Shown: positions 37,086 to 49,453 of the stretch, in pieces | Numbering within the stretch: position 1 is the first letter of the stretch | Layout of the letters: each line of letters opens with the position of its first letter | Source: Hyphochytrium catenoides | Lineage: Eukaryota; Protista; Hyphochytriomycota | Direction of reading: 5' to 3' | DNA length: 64,000 nt | NCBI GenBank assembly: GCA_900088475.1 | Contig: FLMG01004374.1 | Coordinates: forward strand, 168,452 to 232,451 | Position numbers and translations under genes: made by a program | Notes under the pieces: model-generated | Database searches by the model: none | What the model was told of the DNA's origin: nothing | What the model saw: the letters and a program-made list of their open reading frames with translations, nothing else

Positions 37086-38943
37086 ATGGCGACTCCTGGT
37101 AAGAACACGAGAGCTCGCGTCATTACTCTGCCACGCTAGTGGAGAGCCTGTTAGCTGACTCACACCTTTGGCAGACAAGAAGAAGAAGAAGAGTAAGACC
37201 CGCTCAGAAGATGCGGCAGCGGAGACGCCTTCGCTATCCACAGGCCAAGTGGATTACATGATTGAACCTCAAAAGACGTAAGTCAAATGGCATTAGGGGT
37301 GTAACGCCATGTCTGTGTCCTAACATATCCTCTTTCAGGACTCCAAAGTTGGATACCTCAAAGTGGCCTCTTCTTCTGAAGAACTATGATCAACTAAACA
37401 TCAGGACGGGCCACTATACTCCTATACCTTCCGGCAGCTCTCCTCTGAAACGTGAGCTTAGGGAATACCTCCAATACGGTGTTATCAACCTTGATAAGCC
37501 TGCCAACCCGTCGTCACATGAGGTGGTAGCTTGGATCAAACGCATTCTTCGCTGCGACAAAACTGGCCACAGTGGTACACTTGACCCGAAGGTAACAGGA
37601 TGCCTCATCGTCTGCATTGATAGGGCGACAAGGCTCGTGAAGTCACAACAGGTAAGACCTCATTGTGTCCTATTAGTCACATTTTCGAGTGTTCGCTTTA
37701 ATGACGGATAACCTTGGCAGGGTGCTGGAAAGGAGTACGTAGCGGTGGTTCGGCTTCACAATGCGATTGAGGATCAGTCATCTCTTGCCCGTGCGATCGA
37801 GACTCTTACTGGAGCATGCTTTCAAAGACCCCCTCTTATCTCCGCTGTTAAAAGGCAGCTGCGCATCCGTACCATCTACCAGTCCAAGCTGATCGAGTAT
37901 GACAACGATAGGCATTTGGGAGTTTTTTGGGTCAGCTGTGAGGCTGGAACTTACATCCGTACACTGTGCGTCCATCTGGGCTTGCTGACGGGAGTTGGTG
38001 GACACATGCAAGAGCTTCGCCGTGTTCGCTCGGGTATTATGGGCGAGCAGGATAATATGGTCACTATGCACGACGTTCTTGATGCTCAATGGATTTATGA
38101 TAACCAGAAAGATGAGAGCTACCTGAGGCGAGTCGTCAGGCCCCTGGAGACTCTTCTAACCAATTACAAGAGAGTTGTGGTGAAAGACAGCGCTGTGAAC
38201 GCCATCTGCTATGGTGCCAAGCTCATGATTCCAGGCCTTCTGCGCTTTGCTGACGACATTGAGGTTGGAACAGAGGTAGTGCTGATGACGACAAAGGGTG
38301 AAGCTATTGCTGTTGGTATCGCACAAATGACGACGGCCGTGATGGCCACGGTAGACCACGGCGTGGTGGCAAAGATCAAGAGAGTTGTCATGGAGAGAGA
38401 CACATATCCTCGTCGATGGGGTTTAGGACCAATGGCGCAGAAGAAGAAAGCTATGATCAAGGTTTGTTCAATTATCGCGGTCAGAGCGCTTCGCTTTAGC
38501 TAATATCTGTTATTTTTAGGCGGGTACCTTAGACAAGTATGGCCGCCCGAACGAGAGCACTCCTGCCACGTTCAAGAAAGAATATGTAAGCTATGAGGGG
38601 GCGTCTTCCTCCGCTACTCCAAGCAAGTCCGAGGAGCAACCAAAGGCGGAAGAGGCACCTGCCAAGGTACGAGGGTTCTTTTGCACGGAATGACTTGGAA
38701 TACCAACCCTTGACTAATCAAATCTCTGCTTCTTCGAAGGCTATGGAACAAAGTGAGGATGAGGAAGAGAAAAAGAAGAGAAAGAAGGCCAAGAAGGAGG
38801 CCAAAAAGAAGGCTAAGGAAGAAGAGGAGGCTTCGTCGTCAAAGAAGAGGACCGCTGAGGATGCGGGCAATGGAGGTACCGGAGAATCCCCAAAGCGGAA
38901 GAAGGACAAGAAGAAGAAGAAATCCAAGGAAGGGGAGGACTGA
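37086..38943 (+). CDS. CBF5: H/ACA RNP pseudouridine synthase dyskerin/Cbf5
   Basis: [26 protein letters not shown], catalytic [24 protein letters not shown] domain, [14 protein letters not shown] and a Lys-rich tail. Canonical introns. Confidence 0.97.
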
Positions 38944-39193
38944 GCTGCATAGCGCATGCTAGGCTATAGCTTACCATCAACTGTACTTATAGCTGTCATG
39001 GACCTTTCATTACACTGGTCACTACCGACATAATCTCTTCCTTCTATTATGATCTCGAGGATCTTACTTTTAAGTCGCTCTGGTCGTTGGTCGTTATGTC
39101 AATGCGAGGCAGAGCACAATAAATATAAGAATAAATAGTAGCGGCGTAAGCAATACTGGAGGAGTGCCATGCCATATTGCTTCTGGAGAGAAC

Positions 39194-40050
39194 TCAAAGC
39201 TCCATCGGGAACTGGAGAGGTTGATCTTCCCACATGGCCTCTGATGACCAGGCGATTTTGGGTTTGCGGAGGTCTTCATGAAGCAGTTCTCGAAGCTCAT
39301 ATGAAGACACGCCGTGATGGATAACTTGGACTTGGTCAAACGAGAGGCGTTCATAGTCTTCCGGTAATGCATGGTGAGGCGCTAATCCTTGCAGTCCTCT
39401 AAGCGGCAAACCTCCCATGGTTGAATGGTCATATCCGTCGGGGGAATTCTGGGAAGACCAACTATTAGTTGGGCTCGCTTCCGATGCGACGCTCGCGCCT
39501 GAAGCCTTGGCGTTGTACACCGTTCTGGGCCATACCATCTTGCTCACAGGAATTGATTGCCCCCCTGTCGTTGGACTCACTTCGAATCGTATAAAGCCGT
39601 CTTCGTCTACCATGTTTGTCACCCGAGCGAAGACGTTGCGATCGTACCCTCTCAGTGCATGGCTGGTGCTCCTGTTCATTCCATCATTTCTTGCGCTTCC
39701 CTTACAGCTCCAACTCAGACTCTGAGCGATCGAAGCGGCGAAGCCGACTTCGCGGTGCTCTGTGAGCTCTACACCTAATGGAGACATAACGCTGAGGGCA
39801 AGCTGGTGTCTCTTATTGCAGGCTAGAGGAGGGCAAGCTCAAGCTGTAGCTCTCATTGTAGATAGTGTTGGTGGAGTCGGCAGACAGGGTAACAGCGATC
39901 TGGGCACCGCACTTGTCTTTGTCTGGTCTGGTGTCTGGTGAGATGGAAAATGCGTCCTTCTGCTGCTGTGACCAATCTTCATTGACGGGGTTGCAAGAAG
40001 AGCTGAACGCTGTTCCTTCTTGCAAAGCTACAATTGAGAAGCAGCAATAG
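39194..40050 (-). pseudogene. Possible decayed beta-N-acetylhexosaminidase (GH20)-like fragment
   Basis: Two adjacent ORFs are broken by a stop and a frame change. They show weak GH20-like motifs: IAVTLSADSTNTIYNESYSL, HALRG, LRGLQGLAPHHALP and DQPLQFPME. Confidence 0.25.
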
Positions 40051-42131
40051 TCTATAGTAGTAGTACAGTACAAGTAAAAGGAACACAGACAGGAAGAAAA
40101 GAGAGAAGAAAGAACAAGGGCCAAGGCGACGTAGCCTTATTATTATTGATGGAAGGTCGGTACTTACTATTGAAATCGAGGCTATTTTTTACCTAACAAA
40201 TGTACTAAGGCCTTCGAGTCTTTTTAGCGCAGATGGACTTCTTGGCCTGTTATTTATGTTGTCCAAACTTCGTTCTCAGTCACTGTGATAGAGAAAGAAA
40301 GAGCAACCAACCAAGTAGTAATATGCTCCAGGAGCTCTTGAAATATACAATGATGACCTATCCTTACGGAAGTAGTAGTACGATATATTTAGACCAAGAC
40401 CTTCCAATGTCTATTTTGATTGGAGCGCAATGTTGCATAGCTTTCACTATTAAAATCGAAGGATTCACCCAACACCTATCGCCAAGACCTCTCTTCGCCT
40501 GAAAGCTTCCTCCCTTACGTGTGAACCGGGAACAAACCGAGTCAGTGAAGAAAGACCTAGACTGTTTACACTGTAAACTGTTCTGTTCCTTGCCAGTCAT
40601 TCGTTTGATGCGCAGCAGGGTTGGACCAACGGGATTGCAGGCTGCCCCAGCGACTATTCCCCTTGTCCAGTCAAAGCTCATACGATCCACTTCGCTGCCC
40701 TCTATCTGTCTCCGTCTTCATTCGTCACCTGCCAAGTCACAAGCCACCAGCCTTTAAGCTCCACTCACCCATTTTTTTATGATGAACCTGGGAGTGGTAG
40801 TGTCGTAGGAACTGCGCATTGCTTAGGGTAAAGATTAGTTCTATTTACTCTCTTCCTCGGAGGTAGAACCATACAAATTGCAACGGACGATGGGTAAGTT
40901 GACGACGAGGCGACGAGGATGATGGATCACAAGAGCTTGAAGTGCAGCAACTTATGGGTAAACTCTGACAAGGATCTGACGGCGCCCTGGTTGGCTGCTG
41001 TGTTTCCCGAAAATCATTGGATATCACGTCAGTTGGGAGAGTTTGGAGCGGATGATGCATCGTTTACGTTCCTTCTGAACTTCCACAACCAATGTTTTCT
41101 GCTGCATGTGAGTCTTATCCCATCTTGGACTGACTGGCCCGGCAGTGTAGTACGGCAACTCCTACGTATCAGACTGTACCGGACAGAAAAACAGGGTCGG
41201 AGGCGGCTAAGCTTATCAACTTACATGAGTTTCCCCGCAATTGTTGCTTGCCATCACATTCTTACGGCACTTGTACCACTTTACTATGAACGGATACCAG
41301 TAAAAAGAGCCTTGATATGCATCCTCGAAGCACCACACTATTAACAAATTATAGGAAGGACCACGAGCTCGAACCTAATCGCACCTCAAGGTTTGTTGTT
41401 GTTGACATCGAAGCCTTCTTGACGAATAGCAGATGTATTGGTGCCATCACGATCCTCTCTTCACCATTCTTGTTCTTCCAGTCTACCAGTGGGCGTATTG
41501 CAACCTAGGAGAGCGGTATTGGTGATAACGCTTGCCCAGCCAACTAGATTCCCACAAGACAGCGTTCGTATCCAGCATCCTTACCTTTTCCAGGCCCAAA
41601 GGAAGTTTGGAGATAGATAATACACTCCTCAGCTCAATAGGAGGTACCGCTATAGCACAAAATGTTGAGGTTGACGCTTCTGGCCACCAAAGTAAGCCCG
41701 CGCTGGATACAAATTGTAATACCAAGGACTTGAAGACCCAGTCAGAACAGCCAACAGGTCAATGGAAGGCAATGTATGCTGTTAGGCATAAGGTAAAATA
41801 TGGTCAGCATCACCTCGAAGACAACAGGGCATCGGACCTTAATTTGGCTAAAGAAAAGGTCGTGAAAGGAGTAGGGCCCTAGTCTAGGGTGCCAAAAGAA
41901 AGAGGTTGAGAAAATGCCTCTTCAGCGTTCTTTTACCGGGCTACTGGCACGTAGCGGAAACAGCAGCAGTTGCACCACATCTTCCTTAAACAACTCCCTG
42001 TGCCTCTGATTCTTTCTACTTCATGCTTCCATCTCTATATATTAATGCGGTTTCATTGTCCACTCAAATGGCACTTATTAGGGCTATGAGTTACCCGCGC
42101 GATTTTAATGACGGCAATGGATCTCCCTCCT

Positions 42132-42190
42132 TGTCTGATTGGATCTGCTGCCCACTTAACTGTCTGATTGGATCTGCTGCCCACTTAACT
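42132..42190. repeat. Perfect 29-bp tandem duplication
   Basis: tgtctgattggatctgctgcccacttaac occurs twice in tandem. Confidence 0.95.
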
Positions 42191-43022
42191 CCGACCGACG
42201 TGCATAATCTCCTTCCGTCCTCTAGCAGCTGGCACCCCTCTTAAGTGACTTCCTCCATGAGCTTCGACCGAGGCATGCACTCCCCATCACCGCTCGTCAG
42301 ACTCACGAAGTGTTTTTAATTATGAGCTAAGGTGAAGGTCAAAAACAGTCAAAGGACTTGGCTTCATAAAAAAGCCCATCGCTGCTTTGACCGTAGAAAG
42401 AAAGGTAACCTCGTATGGCTGTCAGTCAAGCAGCATTATAATCCACAAGAGAACGTTGGCTCTCCTCCTGGCATCGCTTTCTTAGTTGTGCCCGAAGCCT
42501 TCCTTCAAAGGAGAGATCCAACGACAGGAGGGGCCGTACTAGTAGTAGCCAACATTTGCTTGTTACAACACTTCTTCATCTTCTTTCAATCCAAAGACCA
42601 AAAGACCAAGTGGCGCCGGGTTCTGAATAAACGTAGATTAATCCTACGGTTATCAGGATAAAGGTTTACTTATCCGGAATAACAGCCATCTCACTTCGCC
42701 ATCATCAAGCCCTCCATCAGCGGCAGTGTTGAAGTGCATGAGAGTGTCATGGGATCGCCTGTCATGTCCCTTCAGCGTGCACGTCAGCAATAAAGCTCTG
42801 TGAGGAGCGAACTAAGAACACGTCCGTTCTCCCAACGTCTGGAGATGATGTTTCTCAGATTCTTATGGTGTCATATCCTTGAAATGGGGCCCTTTAAGCG
42901 GACATCAAACTTAATCAGTCTGCTTTTGAAGACGAGGCTTTCTGTCAAGCAAACAACAAAACCAGGACAGTAGTCCTGCTTGTAATCCGTACCTCCGTGC
43001 TGCTTACGCTCAGAAGAGCCCC

Positions 43023-44013
43023 ATGTGGCCATCTGCTCTGCGGGCCTTCGTATATGGAGGTACGAGAGGGACAAAAGCACCTGCGAGTAAGGTGACGGTC
43101 GTTGTGCCTTGGGTCCGCATTCTACTAGGTAAGGGCCCTCCTCTTTGTGTCTACCAAGGCTAAGACTGTCATTATTCGCCATCACTCATCGTCATTCTTT
43201 TAACAGGTGGAGCGCTATTCGCAGTTGTGCCACCTTCTGGTACTGGTGGTTGCGCCTTGGGCGACGACAGGCGTTCACGATGCTCTTCCTTACAAGAACC
43301 ACTGGGACCAGATGCTCCCGTCAAGGGGGAGATGGCAGTCTTTGCTGGTGGCTGCTTTTGGGGTTTGGAGCTGGCATATCAAAGAGTGCATGGGGTCCTC
43401 GATACGAGAGTAGGATATACACAGGGCCACGTCCCCAACCCCACATATCGAGAAGTATGTGCCGGAACCACAGGTACCTAAACGCAATCGGGCAAACATG
43501 AATGAAATGGTTGGCTGTGTTCCTCATTGGACAGCCCCGATGGACGTTGTCTTTGTAACTGTACTCAGCCTTCTTCGTGCAGGCCACGCAGAAGCTGTCC
43601 GCATCGTGTACGACCCTTCAATCGTGCCCTACAACAGGCTGCTGGATCTATTCTGGAGCAGGATTGACCCAACACAACTTAATAGACAGGTGTGGACCCA
43701 AACGATCTATGACCCCCCGATATCTTGTCTCTCGAAGTAGCTAAGAAGAGTGACTTCTTACTATTTATATCAGGGTAATGACTTCGGCACACAGTATCGG
43801 ACGGGAATATACGTCACAACCGAGGAGCAGATGAACTTAGCCATTGCCAGCAGGAAAGCAGTCCAAGAGCGACTGGGACCGAAACCAGTCGTAACTGAGA
43901 TTAAAGAGGCAGCGAGATTTTGGGAGGCCGAGGAGTATCATCAGCGCTACCTGGAGAAAGGCGGCCAAAGTGCAGCTAAAGGGGAGACATCGCGCATTCG
44001 CTGTTATGGCTGA
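43023..44013 (+). CDS. msrA: Peptide methionine sulfoxide reductase A with an N-terminal extension (possible organellar targeting), 4 exons
   Basis: [27 protein letters not shown]|[13 protein letters not shown]|[31 protein letters not shown]. Confidence 0.95.
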
Positions 44014-45326
44014 CTCAGTAGTCACCAAGGGATGGTCCAGTTCACGTAGCTGTCCCATCGCCTTTTCTGATAGTGGAAACGGGATCTTGGGTGCGAGGTG
44101 CAATGCAGCAGGCGAAATATAGTAGGAAGTCGGGCGTACTCCGATCAGATATCGCCTTTATCAAGTGAGGTTTGTTACTTGTACAAGATAAAGACAGCCT
44201 TCTTCCTCACCTTTCACGATGATAGCGTTTGGGATATGCTACGGCAGTCAGTATAGGCGGCAGCACTACTTGCTAACATGAATACCGCAATTACCTCTGA
44301 CTTTTCTTCTAGTATCTGAAGTTTTAGGAGGTTCCGACGAGACTACTGCTACCTTCCCGTTAAGAATTCCTATTATGGGGAAACGAGCGTGACGATGTTG
44401 GGAGGAGGAGAGGGGAATAGCAATACTGTCTCACCTAGCCAAGAGGAAATATTTGTCGTATATCAGGTAGTTCCCTGAACCCACGACCTGAGTACGGTCC
44501 CACCAGCATCCCACTGCTGCCGACTGCTCGTCTTTCTCTTCCTCTCGTCTTGCTTTTTGCGCCTCTCCCCTCAACCTTCGCCCCTCGGCTTTCCCTTTCT
44601 CTCATCTTGCTTTTTGCCTCTCTTCATCCTTGATCTCGTGTCTCTCTCCTCGTTCTACAAGGTCCCGTGCGGGTCATTTATTTACGACATACATGGCGCG
44701 GGTGATGAGCACGTGCCACAAACAGAGGTAGTGAAAAAGCAACAAGCTAACGCCGAGATCTGAGCACAAGTCAAGCCGACGAGAATCGATCGGCATTGCC
44801 AGCAACACCCAGAAGTATTACTAAGGTCGTCCGCGTCCCACTGCTCAGCTCAGACGTTCTTATAGCAGGCGCTGTGCAGCAATGTGTGCTTACTTTTCGT
44901 CGTTGAGCTGAGCGAAGCAATAATGAATCGAACCATTCTATTCCCCAGGCTTGGAGCAGACCACTGTTGTTCTTCTTTCTAGTAGTTGTGAGGATGTTGA
45001 GGGGCCTCTTCAGTTCTGCTATCTCAAGAATCGAGGGTTATCGTCTAGAAGCTCTGGAAAAGAGTCGATCTAGCGCCCCCAACCGTTAGATCAGTAGAAG
45101 AACTGTAGATTCGTTGTGTGTGTTGCTTTGCAGTCTTCGTACCGTCCTTATCTCTATATCTGCACGGCTATTTCAGTGCTAGCGGGTGAGCTGTTAGTAG
45201 AGACTAGAAGAGGCTGTTATCCTGACGACTAGTAAGGAGAATAAACTGACAGCAGGAAGAGAAGGGGCGGGACCTAATAGAACAATAGAACCTGGGCCCA
45301 AAAAAAGAAGAGAGACAAGGAGCGGA

Positions 45327-45416
45327 GGGAGTAGTGGGATTCGAACCAGCCAGCTGATTTCACTAACCGAGAAGACTAGGCGGATGTAGACTCTTCTAAC
45401 CCTTCGCCACCATCAC
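45327..45416 (-). pseudogene. tRNA-derived Pol III remnant (pseudo-tRNA or SINE head)
   Basis: The minus strand has an A-box-like TGGCGAAGGG and a perfect B box GGTTCGAATCC about 60 nt apart, followed by an oligo-T run. The acceptor and T stems pair poorly. Confidence 0.5.
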
Positions 45417-46349
45417 GGCGAGGGCAGCATAAAGGTGCCTCTGGGAGGACGAGCGATGACGAAGCTGCCATTGAAGTTATGAAGTTGAACAAAAGGTTCG
45501 TCCTTGAAGACGAGAAGGCAGGCCTGTCGAGCCACAGGGGTCGATGCTGATGGGGGAGAAATCTTCCTCATAATTTGCAGATGAAAGAGCATGAGAGTCG
45601 TTGATGCGGCTATAATAAGAGAGGTGAAGAGACAGAGATCGAAGAGGCGGAGAGAGTAGGAGCCAAGAGCCAAGACAAGGAGGAGAGAGACAGGCTTCCA
45701 GTTGTCTTTTATAAGCACAAACAAAAGCGTCTTTGACTGTTTTTCTACTAGGAACTAGTAGAGTCTGTCTCGTAGCAAGAACATACGAAGTCTGCAGCAG
45801 ATTCGTGGCTGAACAGTAGACCTTAAGAGCTGGTACGTTTATTAGTACTAGGGTAGTATAGAGATTTGTAGTAGTGCTCTTTAATGCTTTCTAATAGTAA
45901 GAGCTTTCTAAAAGTGGTCAATAAAAGTAGAACTAGAACTACCATTATTTATTTTTATTGCCCTTTTTTTCTTCATAAAATCTACAGTAGAACTACTAAC
46001 TAAGGAGGAGAAAGGAAAACATGACCCAGTTCCTCTGTCAAAAAGGCCACCTGTAGAGCCTTTTTTTTACGTTTATATTTTATGTTTATCTATAAAATGT
46101 TGTTGCGCAAAGAATACATTTATTCCGATAGTAATGTATGGCTGAATGGCTGGTAAATTGACCAGTGTATGTGCATTTGGGTTATTATTTTATTTACGGG
46201 AATAATAGCACACAAGGGCTTTGTTGTAGCTCAAACCCAAAGCAACGGCCCGTAAAACCTCAACCCAACCTCCTGACTCTGTAGACAGAACTCCTAGAGG
46301 TAAGGCTTATTTCTAGGTACCACTCTTTTTTTCAATAGTTTTTGGGTTT

Positions 46350-47430
46350 TTCAGTTGATGGTTGCACCGGTTTACACTGGGTCCATGAGAGATGCCAGGG
46401 AGTTACCATTCAAGTCACAGAGCAATGATCGTCGTAATAAATTTGATACTTCCACTCAAAAACGAGTTACCACTGTTGACGCAGTTGTACAGCATCGTAG
46501 TCGTTCTAGATGGGGAGGAGGGGGCGCCAAGTGTCCGTCTTCCTTCCTGACAGGAGAAAATGCCGTCGGCTTGGGAGCATCGGCGATTAGCCGTGCGGCT
46601 GTCGTCCGCCCTTTGGTCATTTCGTCCTCTAGGTCCTCATACACTCATCTTTCACTACAGGTACAGGTACAGGTACAAAGGTCCAGGTTATGAACAAGCT
46701 AGGGGCTGGAGCACGACAGCTTGGTTGGGCTGTGTTGTACGACGGGAACAACCAGTTCTTGGTGGGACTGGGGTTGATGGCTTCCACTGTTGATAGTTCT
46801 ATCAACTCGATACAAAAGACATAGCAATCGTGTTGCGTGGGGCTGACCCTAGAGATCAGTTGACCTTTCATTTTGGGCCGTGATGAACGGGTTGTACTCC
46901 TACACCGTAGAACGAACGGCGACGACGATCAGGGCAAGAGGGTGGTGATGATGGCGATGCAGCAGATGATGCTTCACCTGGCAGTGATGGAGGAAGAGCG
47001 AGAGGCAGACTGGAGGGCTAAGATGGGCGGCTAACGTTGAGGAGGAGCTGTAAAAGGCCGGTGGGTGCAGTATGTGCGGGAGACGGGGAATAGGTACGGA
47101 CTGAAGCTTCTGGTCAGACGTAAGAGATGAGTGTTCCAGGCATCTTCAAGCGGTTTATCCCTAGCTTCAGTCAGAGCTTTGTCATGTTGAAGGTGGCCGG
47201 CATAGGTTTAGTGAAGCATGTCATCGCTTCTTGGTGTAGCTCGTTTCCATGAGATAGGATGATCTTACGAGCACCATCAGCGGTATATTCCCGCACCTCA
47301 AGGGTGCTGCGTCAGCAGCAAGATGAGGACGAAGAAACTGGTTCTCATCTTCTGGGTGAGAGAAGGGCAGTGGATGGCTTCTCCCGCTAACTGCACCTTC
47401 CTGCTCTTCCTTCAATCTTAACTTCATCCT
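46350..47430 (-). mobile_element. Possible degenerate retroelement (DIRS- or gypsy-type RT N-terminus) relic
   Basis: Minus-strand fragments QW/EAIN..NWLF and LEDEMTKGR..FSPVRKEDG..RLRC resemble the RT N-terminal 'L.KG.I..F.V.K.DG..R' pattern. Interrupted by stops and frameshifts. Confidence 0.28.
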
Positions 47431-47828
47431 CTTCCTGTCTTTATCAAGCCTGATTGGCCTGGGCTCTCAAGGATTCATGCCTCAATTCAAAGATTAACTA
47501 TCAAAGAGGCAGGGCTTACCGCCTCTTATCATAACCACGTAGAACTCTTTCTTATGGCCAATGACAGAAACCCTAGGATAAAAGTGAAGTGAAGACCGAC
47601 TGCCGCCTTATGTCCCACTCCTTCTTCCTCTTGCTACTAGCTGTGTTTCAGGCCGCATAGAACAATATCCCCGTTGGTTGGGCAGTCAGGAAGACCGCAG
47701 AACCAGAAACAGAATCTGAAGTCTCTTCTGAGAGGAAGAGTTCGACCCGTCTCCCAGCGCGTAAGCTTAAATCCGCTTGCTGGGGAATCTCCCTTGTTGC
47801 CGCCGGCAAGCTGGGGCCCAGTCGCAGA

Positions 47829-49166
47829 ATGACTATTGACGTAGCAGTCGGTATTACCGCAGCTTCTAGTAACAAAGCTTCACCGTATCGTCCATTGCGC
47901 TGGGACTCCCAGCAGTGGCTGTCTGTAAAGAGCAGCGATATGAGGTTCAGCCAAATTTTGCTAGAACCGCAGGGGTCCGAAGATGGAGAAGCGAAGGTTA
48001 TGCCTGGAAGCAAAGTCAAGAATTGCTCTGTCAGTAGCTGTGAGAAGAGAGCAGTGCAGGGCGGTGTCTGCTTGTCTCATGGAGCGAAAAGGACACGGAA
48101 GCGCTGTAAAGTTATCGGTTGTGACAAGATCGTCATATCTTCTGGTGTCTGCGTATCACACGGTGCGAGAGTCAAGAGGTGCAGAGTCGAGAAGTGTGAG
48201 AAGAAGGCAGTCCAAGGTGGTGTCTGCGTCGGTCATGGGGCAAAGGTGAAGCGCTGCACCGCTGGGAGCTGTACCAAGAAGGCAGTTCAAGGCGGTGTGT
48301 GCATTGCGCATGGTGCTAAAGTAAGGCGTAGTGGCGCTCGTTCCGAGCCCAGCTCTCCAGCGTCTAGTCCTGAAAATCGTAACTTTCTCTCTATAGATCA
48401 AGAGTGGGAAAGAGAAAGCCCATTATACGCTAGGGTAGGCTCACCTTTAGGGCTGGGTTCCATCATCAGTCGTCTTGCGGCATCAGCTACTTTAAGAGAC
48501 GAGGAACGAGGTAGCCCACACTCCGGGCCAAGCTCTCCTCTGTCGCTGAATGCCACTACTGAGAAGCAATCACCAAGAAACTTGCATTTCAACCCTGCCC
48601 GCAGCGCTGGTGCTCCTGCCCATCTTCTAGGTGCCTCCCCGTTTGCCGACACCCGGTCCCTGGCAGGCTCTACCCTACATGGGATTGGCGTTCCCGAAGT
48701 TCGTTCTCCATCCGTGCTCTATTCAACTGCCAACCTAGGTCTGCCATCCGCTGGAAGCTTGCCGTCAACTGCAAATTTCAACAGTCTTCAACTTCACACC
48801 AGCACGAGTCGCGCATCAGCCCAGTCTCTGAACGCACTATCGAGTGGATTGCCCACATCCTTTGCCTTCCCAATACCTGGACGTCTGACAACGCCTGAGA
48901 CTCGATCTTTGGAAGCGTCCCAGAGGTCGTCAAGCGAGCTGCCCATGTCGTTGCCTCGATTTTCTACTTCGTCAAGGAGTCTTACCTCAGCCGCCTCCCC
49001 TAGAAGCATGCAGCACCCCGATCTTGGATTGAAGTCAGCAATGCAAGGACCTTATAAGTCACATAAAGTAAGCTCTCCGCCGTCAGGGTTGATGGTTAGG
49101 CCATGCTCACAAACAGGATGCAGTGCGTACGCGCAAAATGGAGATTATTGTGCTGCTCATTCTTAA
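47829..49166 (+). CDS. Intronless WRKY19-like CX4CXnCX2HG zinc-finger repeat protein (putative transcription factor)
   Basis: Four tandem repeats of the form C..xxC.K.AVQGGVC..HGA, a Ser/Pro-rich linker, and a fifth terminal finger CSQTGCSAYAQNGDYCAAH. Confidence 0.85.
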   Translation: MTIDVAVGITAASSNKASPYRPLRWDSQQWLSVKSSDMRFSQILLEPQGSEDGEAKVMPGSKVKNCSVSSCEKRAVQGGVCLSHGAKRTRKRCKVIGCDKIVISSGVCVSHGARVKRCRVEKCEKKAVQGGVCVGHGAKVKRCTAGSCTKKAVQGGVCIAHGAKVRRSGARSEPSSPASSPENRNFLSIDQEWERESPLYARVGSPLGLGSIISRLAASATLRDEERGSPHSGPSSPLSLNATTEKQSPRNLHFNPARSAGAPAHLLGASPFADTRSLAGSTLHGIGVPEVRSPSVLYSTANLGLPSAGSLPSTANFNSLQLHTSTSRASAQSLNALSSGLPTSFAFPIPGRLTTPETRSLEASQRSSSELPMSLPRFSTSSRSLTSAASPRSMQHPDLGLKSAMQGPYKSHKVSSPPSGLMVRPCSQTGCSAYAQNGDYCAAHS

Positions 49167-49453
49167 GATAGCAGTGAGCAGTGCTAGGAAAGATCAGCCG
49201 AGGACTCCTCCCCTACTCGCTCTGTACACTAGCCTCACGCCCTAGTATATTTATATTGCTGGAAAAGTAAAAGTATTATATTATAGAAGATGAGTCTCTA
49301 GATGTGCCGGCTGTAGAGTTTCTTGTCGGCCAGTAGAAGATCCATACTTATAGTCTTGACCCAAAAGGCTTATCTTAGAACCAATAAAGCTCTGGAAGCA
49401 TATTGCCTATCAGGTATTACGTCCTAGGGCTTGACGATAAGACCGGCACTGGA

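Noticed and set aside
37086-38943. Functional 'telomere cluster' of dyskerin with the telobox protein
   Set aside because: They are 35 kb apart with many unrelated genes between; no evidence of linkage.
42132-42190. 29-bp direct repeat as CRISPR-like
   Set aside because: Two abutting copies with no spacer; a simple tandem duplication.
43320-43380. MsrA as a selenoprotein
   Set aside because: The active site is TGC (Cys) in GGCFWG; no in-frame TGA.
44702-44763. Possible box C/D snoRNA (GTGATGA...CTGA)
   Set aside because: No terminal stem or convincing rRNA antisense element; such boxes occur by chance.
46000-46070. Shine-Dalgarno-like AAGGAGG, ATG and a terminator-like hairpin
   Set aside because: The ORF is only 11 codons and the context is eukaryotic; no bacterial insert is supported.
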